A DNA stretch of 64,000 nucleotides from a bacterium (GTDB lineage: Bacteria; Hinthialibacterota; Hinthialibacteria; Hinthialibacterales; Hinthialibacteraceae): NCBI GenBank assembly GCA_963662285.2, contig CAXXMV010000008.1:164242-228241 (forward strand), in the 5' to 3' direction. Below are positions 36,057-45,780 of the stretch, one piece after another (within the stretch, counting starts at the first letter, position 1; each line of letters starts with the position of its first letter). Position numbers and translations under genes: made by a program. The notes beneath the pieces were generated by a model, which saw nothing but the letters and a program-made list of their open reading frames with translations, was not told the DNA's origin and searched no databases.

Positions 36057-37322
36057 GTGTCAAAAGATACTCAAATTACACGGCCAGACCTGCAATATCC
36101 AAAGATACGCCACATAGAAGCCTTCCCTATCAAGGATACGTTGGAAGAAGGAGTAGGTCTGCGCGATCCACGGCAAATAGCCAAGAATATGCTGGTGGTG
36201 CCGCCGCCGGTATTTTTCATTATCTCTATGTTCGACGGCAATCACTCTCTTCACGATATTCAACAGTCAATTATCCGACAATACAATCAAACAATCCCCT
36301 TGGATAAAATAGAGGAGATTGTTCTGCAACTGGATAAAGAACTTTATCTTGAGTCGGGAACATTCGAGAAAGCATTGCAGGAAACGCTGGATGCTTTTCG
36401 TAATGCGCCATACCGTGAACCGGCTCATGCCGGAACTGCGTATTCCGGAGAAAAGGATCAAATAAAACAACAACTAAACGGTTTACTGAGTTCTATTGAG
36501 AATGCTATTCCTGAAGACGATCACTGTCAGAATAACGGCGTTTCGCTGTTGATCGCTCCTCATATCGATCTGAACCGGGGTGGGAAATGCTTTGCTTATG
36601 CATATCGGGAATTGGCTCAACATTCTCCAGCCGACCTTTATATAATTCTAGGAACCGGGCATCAAAGCAATAAAAGCCTAATGTCGTTGACCAGAAAATC
36701 CTATTCAAGCCCCATTGGATTGATAGAAACAGATCAGCATTTTATTGATAAAATCAGTCAGGAAGCGCCTATCGACCTATTTGAAGAAGAATTCCTGCAC
36801 CGCGATGAACACTCAGTAGAATTTCAGACTTTATGGCTGCGGCATATTCTACCGGAAGAATGGAACGGCAAAGCTGTACCAATATTATGCGGGTCGTTTC
36901 ACTCCTATATAATGAACGGCGACTCGCCGCGAGAGGATCAAAAGTTAGCCCGGCTTCTAGATAAATTACGCGCCGAAATCCATCAATACCCCGGCAAAGT
37001 AACTGTAATTGCAGGAGTTGACCTGAGCCATGTTGGTAGAAAATTCGGCCATGAGAAGGGGATACCGCCTGATGAACTGGAACGGGTAGAAAAAGAAGAC
37101 CGTGAAGTTCTCGATGCTATCCTCGAAGGAGATGCGGAAAACTTTTACCGGGTGATAGAACAAAAGAAAGACCGCAACAATGTATGCGGTCTTTCTCCGA
37201 TATATATGGCTTTAGATATAATTCGCCCGTCTTGCGGTCGACTGCTAAACTATGATCGCGCCATCGAGGAAGACACGCAATCAGTTGTAACCTATGCCAG
37301 TCTGGTGTTCTATGAGGACTAG
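36057..37322 (+). CDS. MEMO1/AmmeMemoRadiSam system protein B family, with ~130-aa N-terminal extension
   Basis: GTG 8 nt after AAGGAG. PAHAGTAYSG, LLIAPHIDLNRGG, ILGTGH, GVDLSHVG, NVCGLSPI motifs of the Memo dioxygenase-like fold. Confidence 0.7.
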   Translation: MSKDTQITRPDLQYPKIRHIEAFPIKDTLEEGVGLRDPRQIAKNMLVVPPPVFFIISMFDGNHSLHDIQQSIIRQYNQTIPLDKIEEIVLQLDKELYLESGTFEKALQETLDAFRNAPYREPAHAGTAYSGEKDQIKQQLNGLLSSIENAIPEDDHCQNNGVSLLIAPHIDLNRGGKCFAYAYRELAQHSPADLYIILGTGHQSNKSLMSLTRKSYSSPIGLIETDQHFIDKISQEAPIDLFEEEFLHRDEHSVEFQTLWLRHILPEEWNGKAVPILCGSFHSYIMNGDSPREDQKLARLLDKLRAEIHQYPGKVTVIAGVDLSHVGRKFGHEKGIPPDELERVEKEDREVLDAILEGDAENFYRVIEQKKDRNNVCGLSPIYMALDIIRPSCGRLLNYDRAIEEDTQSVVTYASLVFYED

Positions 37323-37329
37323 TTTTCTC

Positions 37330-37809
37330 TTAAGCAGCTTGATGCACAGCTTCAAGAGTGTCGTCAATCATTTTTTTGAAGTCATAGACCATAACTCCAA
37401 AATATTTCTGTCCAGGAGAACGTACTAGAGAGATAGCTTCTTCCCCATTGACTAGTGCAAACATGTCTTGACCATCAGTCACAAAATAGAGTTCGTGTTC
37501 CAAGGGTTTATCGATATAGCGAGGCATGTTCTTACGCAAATAAGCGATTCCCTTGCGTACTTTCTGCATACTTAACCCTTGTTTGCGCAACTGAAGGAAC
37601 CATCTCAACATAACCAGATCAGACAACGAATACAGTTTATGCTTACCGCATCCCTGCGCCGGGCGTATGCTCGCTTTTATCAAGCCGGTTTTCTCGTAAT
37701 AGTGCAAACGAACCGGATCAATCTTAATATCGTCCAAACGGCTAACGAGATCAATTACATCACCCGATTGAAAAGCAGATTTAATTGATCGTATTTTACT
37801 TATTGTCAT
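37330..37809 (-). CDS. MerR-family transcriptional regulator
   Basis: HYYEKTGLIKASIRP...HKLYSLSDLVMLRWFLQLRKQGLSMQKVRKGI is a MerR winged-HTH pattern. Confidence 0.7.
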   Translation of the reverse strand: MTISKIRSIKSAFQSGDVIDLVSRLDDIKIDPVRLHYYEKTGLIKASIRPAQGCGKHKLYSLSDLVMLRWFLQLRKQGLSMQKVRKGIAYLRKNMPRYIDKPLEHELYFVTDGQDMFALVNGEEAISLVRSPGQKYFGVMVYDFKKMIDDTLEAVHQAA

Positions 37810-38166
37810 GGTTCCCCTCGTTTTTTTAAGCCGGATTGTCTAGCACCCTCCCCGCCTTGCGGGAAACCCCAGGGGGTTACGTTTCATGAAATCTTATTTG
37901 CATAGGTTACATCATAGCACAGTTTATACCTCAAGATAAAGAGAAAAAAAACAGCATCTTCAGATTTATCTGAAGATGCCCTCAAAAACCCTACATATCC
38001 CATTGGGAAATAAAAAACAAATTTCTTGATGCACCACGAACTTCGAAGATTCATAGTCCATAGCTAAAGCATGCTTCTAATATATCCATGCTGCCTTAGC
38101 AACTTTACTCCACATCATTATCTCTCTAGATAAGACATTAAAACATGAATACTAGTCCCCGAATCG

Positions 38167-38451
38167 TTATTTCTTCTTGGCTGCTGTTTTCTTCTTGGCT
38201 ACAGTCTTTTTAGCCGCAGGAGCCTTCTTGGCTACAGCCTTTTTAGCCGCAGGGGCCTTCTTGGCCGCAGTCTTTTTCGCCGCAGGGGCCTTCTTTACTG
38301 CAGCCTTTTTAGCTGCAGGGGCCTTCTTGGCCGCAGTCTTTTTCGCCGCAGGGGCCTTCTTGGCTACAGTCTTTTTGGCTACGGTTTTTTTAACCACCGC
38401 TTTTTTCTTAACTGTAGTTTTCTTATTCGCCGCAGTTTTTTTCACTGCCAT
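38167..38451 (-). CDS. Histone H1-like lysine/alanine/proline repeat nucleoid protein
   Basis: 94 aa made almost entirely of K, A, P, T, V, with five tandem KKAPAAKK(T/A)xx units. Resembles Hc1/AlgP/BpH1-type bacterial H1-like proteins. Confidence 0.7.
   Translation of the reverse strand: MAVKKTAANKKTTVKKKAVVKKTVAKKTVAKKAPAAKKTAAKKAPAAKKAAVKKAPAAKKTAAKKAPAAKKAVAKKAPAAKKTVAKKKTAAKKK
38197..38361 (-). repeat. Five tandem 33-nt coding repeats (KKAPAAKKxxx)
   Basis: Residues 31-85 of the H1-like protein. The nucleotide unit GCCGCAGGGGCCTTCTTGGC(C/T)(G/A)CAG(T/C)CTTTTT(C/A) is repeated on the + strand. Confidence 0.85.
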
Positions 38452-38642
38452 AGATTTTTACCTCCTTCCAGGGTAATTAAAATCAGGGATTCTATATTCC
38501 CTAGACTTCTTTTATATTACAATTAGTGTAATTATGTCAAGTAAAAAATGCAATTAATCGAAAAAAAATTTGTAGCACTATACAAGTTTTTTTTTCATTT
38601 TGCCAAACAAATTCTTGCGAATGTATTGTAAATAAAGGCTAT

Positions 38643-40682
38643 TTGTGGTTTTTGAGGTTTCCGATGTATAAAAATTCGTCTATATATAGACTAAGATTTT
38701 TTTTAAATTTTTCCATTTTGTTTACAATTTTCCTTGTTCTTTTCTTATTTTTTCTATCTTCCAAGAGCGCCTCTCCATCTATTCGGCAATGGTTACATCA
38801 TTTCAAGACGCTCCAACCCCATGCTTCCTGGATTGTTTTCATAAACATGCAGGGCGCTTTATGTCTTACTATCTTTGCCCTATCGCCGCTGTTGCGTAGT
38901 ATTAAACTCTATAAACCCATCCGGTTCATTCTTATATTTTCGATCCTCTTCGCATCGACTTTTCCTATCGGATATATATGGAAATTCAACTCCCTGTTTT
39001 ATGAAAAATGGATGTGGTATTGCGTATTATGGTTTATGGGTTCATGCCTCAGCATTTTAGTCGCAGTATTCATCGCTGTGGATTGTTCAAACTCGCTTAA
39101 AAAAATCAGTTCTTGTTTAGAATCATTCTATGCATTCATACATTATAAGTCATGCGCAAAATCCGATTATTGGTATATCGCTGGTTTAAGTTTATGGGTA
39201 TTAATTATTACTCTGGCGGTGAATGTATTGCTATTGGGAGGAATTCCTCATATATATGATGGTGTGGCGCAATTATTCCAGGCGAAAGTATTCGCTCATG
39301 GATATGCAGCTATGCCTGCGCCTGACCAACCGGTTTTCTTTGAGCGAATGTATATCCCTATAGAAGCAGGTCGTTGGTACGCCATTTATCCTCCAGGCTA
39401 TGCTCTAATTTTAGCAATTGGAGTTTTATTACAATGCCCTCAATTGGTAAATCCAATACTGTCAGCATTGATTATCCCCTTATTCTTTATCTATGCTCAA
39501 CGGATTTCTTCACTATACGTCGCCCGTTTGGGATGTTTCTTTTTATCATTCTCTCCATTCTTTTTATTGATGGGCGGAGGATTTATGAATCATCCCACCT
39601 GCCTGTTGCTTCTATTTTTATTTCTCATACTCCTGGAATATTCATCAAGCGCTTCATCAACTATTAAAATTACATTTGCAGCGGGATTCTGCGCTGGTTC
39701 AGCCTTTATTACGCGGCCTTTAACCGCCCTGTCATTTATCGCCGTAGGCTTGATATGGTTGGCCATTAAAGGTCGTAAAGACGCCAGGCGCCTTATGAAA
39801 ACTGTCTTAATGGTCGGTTTGGGAGCATTGCCAGTTTTCTGTTTTTATTTATATTTCAACCATCAAACCACCGGCGCCGCTCTTCGCACCGGTTACGTGC
39901 ACTATTTCGACGCCAACCCAATGGGATTCGGCGACAAACCATGGGGCGAACATCCCCTCGGTCCACAGATACCCCGCGGCGAACATCATACTCCATTACG
40001 CGCTACGGCTAATATATTTTGCAACCTGAATGCGCTCAACTCATATCTATTCGGATGGCCGGTTCCATCACTGATATTCGCGTTTCTACTCTTTGCGCCG
40101 GGACTTCGCCGTACCAGGTCCGACTGGTTCTGCATCAGCGCCATAATAATGGTGCAGACCATATATTTCTTCTATTTCTTCCAGGATGACTGCTTTGGAC
40201 CACGTTTTCTCTATGAAACCATTCCTTTTTGGATCATACTCACCGCCCGGGCCATCGAAGAAATTCAAAACCGATGGCATAATAAGTTATTGATAAACCA
40301 GTCTCAAATACGCAGCCTAATATATATTATCCTTACGGCATATTTTATCATGGCAATATGCACATCATGGATTGAACGAAGCGCACAATATGGAGATTCC
40401 TATTGGGGAACCAGAGATGAGATTGCGCAGCTGCTGCGCAAGGGAATTCAAGAAGAGAACGCCGTTGTTTTCGTTGAAGACCCCAACGACCATATTGCCG
40501 TCTTTTCATTCCTTGATCCTAAACTGGATCAAGGTTGGATCATCGCCCATGATTTGGGAGACGAAAAAAACCGGGAATTATTGGTTCAATATCCTGAATG
40601 GCCGATATATCAATTGCGTCTAAAAGAAGATATAGCGACTAATCAGGTGGTTACGGTTCTGGAAAGAACCGATAGTTTTTAA
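38643..40682 (+). CDS. Large polytopic membrane protein, GT-C fold (ArnT/PMT_2-like glycosyltransferase) suspected
   Basis: More than 12 TM helices, an early loop with acidic/aromatic residues (IPHIYDGVAQLFQAKVFAHGY), YPPGYALILAIG, and a soluble C-terminal domain. The start may be the ATG at 38664. Confidence 0.5.
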   Translation: MWFLRFPMYKNSSIYRLRFFLNFSILFTIFLVLFLFFLSSKSASPSIRQWLHHFKTLQPHASWIVFINMQGALCLTIFALSPLLRSIKLYKPIRFILIFSILFASTFPIGYIWKFNSLFYEKWMWYCVLWFMGSCLSILVAVFIAVDCSNSLKKISSCLESFYAFIHYKSCAKSDYWYIAGLSLWVLIITLAVNVLLLGGIPHIYDGVAQLFQAKVFAHGYAAMPAPDQPVFFERMYIPIEAGRWYAIYPPGYALILAIGVLLQCPQLVNPILSALIIPLFFIYAQRISSLYVARLGCFFLSFSPFFLLMGGGFMNHPTCLLLLFLFLILLEYSSSASSTIKITFAAGFCAGSAFITRPLTALSFIAVGLIWLAIKGRKDARRLMKTVLMVGLGALPVFCFYLYFNHQTTGAALRTGYVHYFDANPMGFGDKPWGEHPLGPQIPRGEHHTPLRATANIFCNLNALNSYLFGWPVPSLIFAFLLFAPGLRRTRSDWFCISAIIMVQTIYFFYFFQDDCFGPRFLYETIPFWIILTARAIEEIQNRWHNKLLINQSQIRSLIYIILTAYFIMAICTSWIERSAQYGDSYWGTRDEIAQLLRKGIQEENAVVFVEDPNDHIAVFSFLDPKLDQGWIIAHDLGDEKNRELLVQYPEWPIYQLRLKEDIATNQVVTVLERTDSF

Positions 40683-40825
40683 TAGGATTATGATTTAGAT
40701 GCATCAATTTTTTGATACCCCCCCTCACCCTAGCCCTTCACCCGGTAGGAGAGGGGACTTGGTAAAACGAACATAATAAACGAACTTTTTTTACAATTGA
40801 TCTAATAATAAAAGGATAATCTCGA

Positions 40826-42109
40826 ATGGCGAAATTCATGGTTGAAGGCGGGCATCCCATAAGTGGTAAAATCCAACCGTCGGGCAATAAAAACGAAGCT
40901 CTCCCAGTGCTAGCTGCTGCGCTGTTGACCGATAAAAAAGTAAATTTCAGTAATGTTCCCGGCATTGGTGATGTAGCCAGTCTTCTGGAACTTATCGCCG
41001 CATGCGGCGCAACGATTCAAGAAACCAATTCACATCAACTATCCATCAAAGCTAATAATTTAGAGGCATCCAAACTGCCGGCCAACCTGTGCAAAAAGAT
41101 TCGCGCTTCCATGCTGTTGATTGCGCCATTACTGATTAGATGCGGACATGCGGAAATTCCCTTCCCCGGCGGCGACCGCATTGGACGGCGGCGGGTGGAT
41201 ACTCATTTGCTGGGATTAAAAGAGTTAGGCGCTGAATTTGAATTAACCGATAACTCGTACAAGGTATGGTGCGATAAACGCTTGCAAGGCGCTGATATTC
41301 TGCTTGATGAAGCCAGCGTTACGGCGACGGAAAACCTGGTTATGGCGGCGGTTATGGCTAAAGGCGAGACCATTCTACGCAATGCCGCTTCTGAGCCTCA
41401 TGTTCAACAATTATGCGCCTTCCTCAATCATTTAGGCGCTAAAATAGAAGGCATCGGCTCCAATGTATTGACAATCCAGGGAGTCGATTCTCTAAACGGG
41501 GGAAAACACCGCATCGCCGCCGATTATCTCGAAGTAGGAAGTTTTATCGGGCTGGCGGCCATTACCGGAGGAGAACTTTTAATTGAGAACGCTTCTCCTG
41601 ATTACCTGCGCATGGTGCTTCATCAATATCAACGCCTGGGAGTTAACGTGGAAATTCGCGGCAACGATATTTTCGTACCCCAAAACCAGGAATTACGCAT
41701 TCATGCAGACTTGCAGGCTACACAAGTGAAAATCGACGATGGTCCGTGGCCCGCTTTCCCGGCCGATCTGATGAGTATTGCGGTGGTCATGGCCACCCAA
41801 ACTCAGGGCACGGTTATGATTTTTGAGAAGATGTTTGAAAGCCGTCTTTTCTTTGTTGACCGCTTGATATCGATGGGCGCCAACATCATTCTGTGCGACC
41901 CGCACCGGGCGGTGATCGTGGGTCCAACACCCTTGCGGCGTCAGGTTATGAGCAGCCCGGACATTCGCGCCGGCATGGCGCTGCTTATGGCAGCCCTATG
42001 CGCCGAAGGAACCAGTGAAATACAAAATATCGAACAGATTGACCGTGGTTATGAGCGACTAGATGAACGTCTAGCCGATCTCGGCGCTAAAATTAAACGC
42101 AAACGATAA
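40826..42109 (+). CDS. murA: UDP-N-acetylglucosamine 1-carboxyvinyltransferase MurA (Asp at the active-site Cys position)
   Basis: [16 protein letters not shown] (Lys22 region) and [15 protein letters not shown] (the loop that is PGGC-x-IG-x-RP-x-D in E. coli) across a full-length EPSP-synthase fold. Confidence 0.9.
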   Translation: MAKFMVEGGHPISGKIQPSGNKNEALPVLAAALLTDKKVNFSNVPGIGDVASLLELIAACGATIQETNSHQLSIKANNLEASKLPANLCKKIRASMLLIAPLLIRCGHAEIPFPGGDRIGRRRVDTHLLGLKELGAEFELTDNSYKVWCDKRLQGADILLDEASVTATENLVMAAVMAKGETILRNAASEPHVQQLCAFLNHLGAKIEGIGSNVLTIQGVDSLNGGKHRIAADYLEVGSFIGLAAITGGELLIENASPDYLRMVLHQYQRLGVNVEIRGNDIFVPQNQELRIHADLQATQVKIDDGPWPAFPADLMSIAVVMATQTQGTVMIFEKMFESRLFFVDRLISMGANIILCDPHRAVIVGPTPLRRQVMSSPDIRAGMALLMAALCAEGTSEIQNIEQIDRGYERLDERLADLGAKIKRKR

Positions 42110-42305
42110 TCAACTTGTAGATCACTTTATTTGATGATTCGAGCTGGATACTTATATTTTGCAGGATATAGATTTTCTAATGCAATTATTATGATATAAT
42201 ACATATTGATAATAAATCTGAGCATGATCATTACATAAATTAGTGATTCTGGATATTTCAAAGGAGAAACCAAAATTCTTATTAGTAGAATGCTGGTCAT
42301 AGAAA

Positions 42306-43499
42306 ATGCAATTAAAAGATACCTTACCAGGAAATACTGAGAACATATCAACATTTTTCGCTCCAGCGGAAAGACTGGATGATGAACGTATTCAACTGCA
42401 AATTAGTAATATTAATCAAAATGCGATTTTTGATTCGCTTATAAAAACATTTGGATGCGTTGTATGCATATTGAACAGTAAACGCCAAATATTGGCGGTT
42501 AATGATAATTTGTTGCAATTATTAGGTCTACCTAGCGCAAAGAATATACTTGGTTTGAGACCGGGAGAAGCTTTGCAGTGCGTCCATTCTGAAGATCATC
42601 CTGGTGGTTGCGGGACTAGTAAATATTGCAGTACTTGCGGGGCGGCTATTGCGATTGTAGCAACTCAAAAAAACAAAGCTCCCCAGGAACGTGAATGTTT
42701 GTTGAACATTACAGAAGACAATATTGCTATTGAAATGAAAGTGCGGGCTGAAACATTAGAGGTTTGCGGTGAAGAGTTGGTGTTGTTAATGCTTATCGAT
42801 ATCCGGGATGAAAAACGACGGGAATCTCTGGAACGGGCTTTTTTTCATGACTTGAATAATGTATTAAGCGGTTTACTTTTATCAACTAAACTTTTAGAAG
42901 AAAACATTTCCAATAATCCTCAAGAACAATTGGATTCAATCACGACGTATGTTAATCGATTAGTCAATGAGGTGCGTTGTCAGCAGTTCTTGAGTAATTC
43001 TGAAGAATACATGCCTCAAATTGAATTTGCATATTATAAAGTTTCTTCAATCATAAATGAAGTTAAACTCATTTTTCTGCAATACGTAAAATCCCGTAAA
43101 GAGATACTTACTATTCGCGATTTGAAAAAAGACATCCGTATCCAGACCGACAATACGCTTATTCAAAAAGTTTTTATGAATATGATAAAAAATGCTTTAG
43201 AAGCATCCAATTACAAGAATAAAGTCTATTTCTGGTGTGATATTGGAGAGGATTCAGTTACTTGGAATGTACAAAACCAAGAGGTTATTCCAGAAAAGGT
43301 AGCATTACAGATATTTCAACGGTATTTTTCAACAAAAAAGCAAAAAGGGCATGGTCTGGGAACCCATAGTATGAAACTTTTTGGAGAAAAATACCTTGGA
43401 GGCAAAGTCTCCTTCACCAGTATTGAAGGTCAAGGGACCATCTTCTCATTTAATCATCCAATAAAAGTCAATAGCGAGATTATGAATCAATTTAGATAA
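42306..43499 (+). CDS. Orphan sensor histidine kinase with Cys-rich N-terminal sensor domain
   Basis: H-box FFHDLNNVLSGL. N, G1 and G2 boxes (MNMIKNALEAS, GHGLGTHSMKLF, GQGTIFSF). N-domain motif C-x10-C-x5-C-x2-C (CVHSEDHPGGCGTSKYCSTC). No TM segment. Confidence 0.8.
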   Translation: MQLKDTLPGNTENISTFFAPAERLDDERIQLQISNINQNAIFDSLIKTFGCVVCILNSKRQILAVNDNLLQLLGLPSAKNILGLRPGEALQCVHSEDHPGGCGTSKYCSTCGAAIAIVATQKNKAPQERECLLNITEDNIAIEMKVRAETLEVCGEELVLLMLIDIRDEKRRESLERAFFHDLNNVLSGLLLSTKLLEENISNNPQEQLDSITTYVNRLVNEVRCQQFLSNSEEYMPQIEFAYYKVSSIINEVKLIFLQYVKSRKEILTIRDLKKDIRIQTDNTLIQKVFMNMIKNALEASNYKNKVYFWCDIGEDSVTWNVQNQEVIPEKVALQIFQRYFSTKKQKGHGLGTHSMKLFGEKYLGGKVSFTSIEGQGTIFSFNHPIKVNSEIMNQFR

Positions 43500-43733
43500 T
43501 GACGAAGCGGTAAAAAGTCAAAACTTGTTTTTATAATCATAATAATTGGTAGATTTGTAAGTGTTTTGTATACAAGAGAATGTGTGAGTTTCGTCTTTCA
43601 TCCACTTTTTGTCGACTCTTCGGGTAATAGGCGTATATAGAAAGTATTTAATACGCGTTGGAAACTAAATCGAATTATCCAACCACTTCATCTTGATCGT
43701 AAATTTATACCGGACAGCCATTAAAATTCAACC

Positions 43734-45611
43734 ATGACCAATCTTCTCTTAGGACTCTGGCAATTCTTTTGGGCTTGGGGCTTTGGTTTCTTCCTGGCTA
43801 AACGTTTAAGAGGAAAACTGCCCTATGGCTACTATGTAGCAATATCTTTCGCTTTGGGAGAGACTTGCCTGACTTACGTCTATTTCGCGCTGGGTATGGC
43901 GGGCGGTCTGCGCTTATCGGTGCTTTTACCTCTCTCCATAATACTTACCGCTCTTTCATTACTTTCCTGGAACCATGAAGGCGTGGATCTTGCGCAAAAA
44001 ATCTTTGAACATCTACGAAAATCACCTGGATCAGCCGTTGTTGCAGCTATTATTCTAATTATCTATTTTCTGGCCGCCTGCGTTCCTGAGCGCGAGGTTG
44101 ATTCGCTTTGGTACCACCTGGCCGTACCGCTGCATTACATAACTCATGGCGGCTATATCCAGCTGGTTCCATTCAATATGCCATCTCATTACCCCATGAA
44201 CGCCCACTTGCATTACTGTTTTTCTCTTTTAGTGGGCAACGACACAACAGCTAAAATTTTCAATTATTGCCATTTCTTCCCGCTATTAATACTGATCGGC
44301 GCCGTAACTAAGAGATATGCATCCGCCAAATGGAGTTTATTTGCGGTTGCGCTGTATCTGTGCAGCCTACATTTCCGCCTGCCCATGATGGTAAATGTGC
44401 AACGCGCGGTCTATTTCTACGTTTTTCTATCCTCCGCCCTGCTCTGGTATTCACTGGAGCGTGGACGCTGGAATTTGACTCTTCTGGCGGCGGTATTCTG
44501 CGGCATGAGTATGGGAACCAAATTTAACGGGCTGCTGTTTGGATTTGCGCCCCAATTACTTTTTATGTCCCTACGTATGATTTTATGGAAACGCAAAGCA
44601 TGGAGAAAGGAGACGCGGCGTATATGCGTATATTCTCTGATTGCGCTGGCCATGATGAGCCCCTGGATGATCAAATCCTATGTCTTCACTGGTAATCCAC
44701 TATACCCCATGCTGGAAGAGGTCTTCCCCACTGATCCAGAGTTCATCCCGGCTATGAAATCCAACGCCAACAATCATGGCATAAACCTATTTAAATCCAA
44801 AACCACCACCGAATTCTTTGGCCAGATAGGAGTAAACCTGCGCTGGCTGATATACAACGCCTATCTGCTCTTCTTTTTAGGTTTATTCTCGCTCTTTATC
44901 CTTTTATTTATCAGAAAAAAACGTTGGGGATATCCCGTAACTGCGACCCTGTTGGCTTATGGATTCTTTCCCTTGCTGTGGGGTTCAGACATAGCGCGGT
45001 TGTTTGGCGTGAACAACGGCTTGGTCGTACTATGCATCACCCTGGTCGTGTCATGGCTCGTCCCGCGTATAAACCGGGGGCATTGGTTGGTAGGCATTAT
45101 CCTGTTCAGCCTGTTTTTTACCTTTATCAAAGAACGCTATTATTTTCTCAGCAGCCCGAACATCCGCTGGTATGGCGCCACGGCGCTCAGCGAACCAGCC
45201 CGGCGCGAGTGGATTCTGGAAAGACGCATCTTCTCAGACAAACTCTTCCGCATGAAGCAATGGTTAGAACAAAACGCCGACCCAAACGATGAACTCTATG
45301 GCTACCGCACTGGATACCTGTTTTATCTGGATAGAAAATACATCGTCAGCGGCGCCCATTTTAAGGAGCAGATCGACATCTGGCTGCATCAAGGCGCTGA
45401 TTATACCGCCCAAAAACTGCATCAACTGGACGTCAAATGGTTTCTAACCAATCGCGACAACTGGCAATACCAGAACGATAAGATCACACAGAACTGGCAG
45501 GAATTCATGCATCGATATCTGGAACCAGTACGTCATGAGGGTGAGATTCATTTATACCGTTTGTTATATAATGATGACGCCATGACCTATCCCGAAGGGA
45601 GAGAGGATTAG
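43734..45611 (+). CDS. Large polytopic membrane protein, GT-C fold (ArnT/PMT-like) suspected
   Basis: More than 12 TM helices, first-loop motif EREVDSLWYHLAVPLHY (DxxxYH type), and a soluble C-terminal domain. Confidence 0.5.
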   Translation: MTNLLLGLWQFFWAWGFGFFLAKRLRGKLPYGYYVAISFALGETCLTYVYFALGMAGGLRLSVLLPLSIILTALSLLSWNHEGVDLAQKIFEHLRKSPGSAVVAAIILIIYFLAACVPEREVDSLWYHLAVPLHYITHGGYIQLVPFNMPSHYPMNAHLHYCFSLLVGNDTTAKIFNYCHFFPLLILIGAVTKRYASAKWSLFAVALYLCSLHFRLPMMVNVQRAVYFYVFLSSALLWYSLERGRWNLTLLAAVFCGMSMGTKFNGLLFGFAPQLLFMSLRMILWKRKAWRKETRRICVYSLIALAMMSPWMIKSYVFTGNPLYPMLEEVFPTDPEFIPAMKSNANNHGINLFKSKTTTEFFGQIGVNLRWLIYNAYLLFFLGLFSLFILLFIRKKRWGYPVTATLLAYGFFPLLWGSDIARLFGVNNGLVVLCITLVVSWLVPRINRGHWLVGIILFSLFFTFIKERYYFLSSPNIRWYGATALSEPARREWILERRIFSDKLFRMKQWLEQNADPNDELYGYRTGYLFYLDRKYIVSGAHFKEQIDIWLHQGADYTAQKLHQLDVKWFLTNRDNWQYQNDKITQNWQEFMHRYLEPVRHEGEIHLYRLLYNDDAMTYPEGRED

Positions 45612-45628
45612 ATTTTCAGAGTGTTTTT

Positions 45629-45780
45629 TGTCTGAATCAGGATAGCCAGGATGAAAGGATGCTCATGATGGTTCATTCTATAATCAATAAGTTCATAATC
45701 AGAATAACCTACAGGAAACAAAATGTTTTTTATGTCAAATCCTGAGCATCCGGAAAATCCTGAGTATCCGGATTCAGACA
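45629..45780. repeat. TIR-bounded MITE (family B, long copy B2)
   Basis: TGTCTGAATCAGGATA ... TATCCGGATTCAGACA (15 of 16 inverted). Same internal blocks as B1 plus a ~65-nt insert. The track ORF 45608..45802 lies entirely within it. Confidence 0.8.

Noticed and set aside
38177-38476. 99-aa plus-strand ORF (AAGAFLA repeats)
   Set aside because: It is the exact antisense reading of the K/A/P repeat gene. It has no RBS, and its repeat-driven open frame is an artefact of the GC-skewed tandem repeat.
42127-42354. 75- and 64-aa minus-strand ORFs upstream of the histidine kinase
   Set aside because: They are AT-rich spacer ORFs that overlap each other and the HK start. Their products are hydrophobic low-complexity sequences with no RBS.
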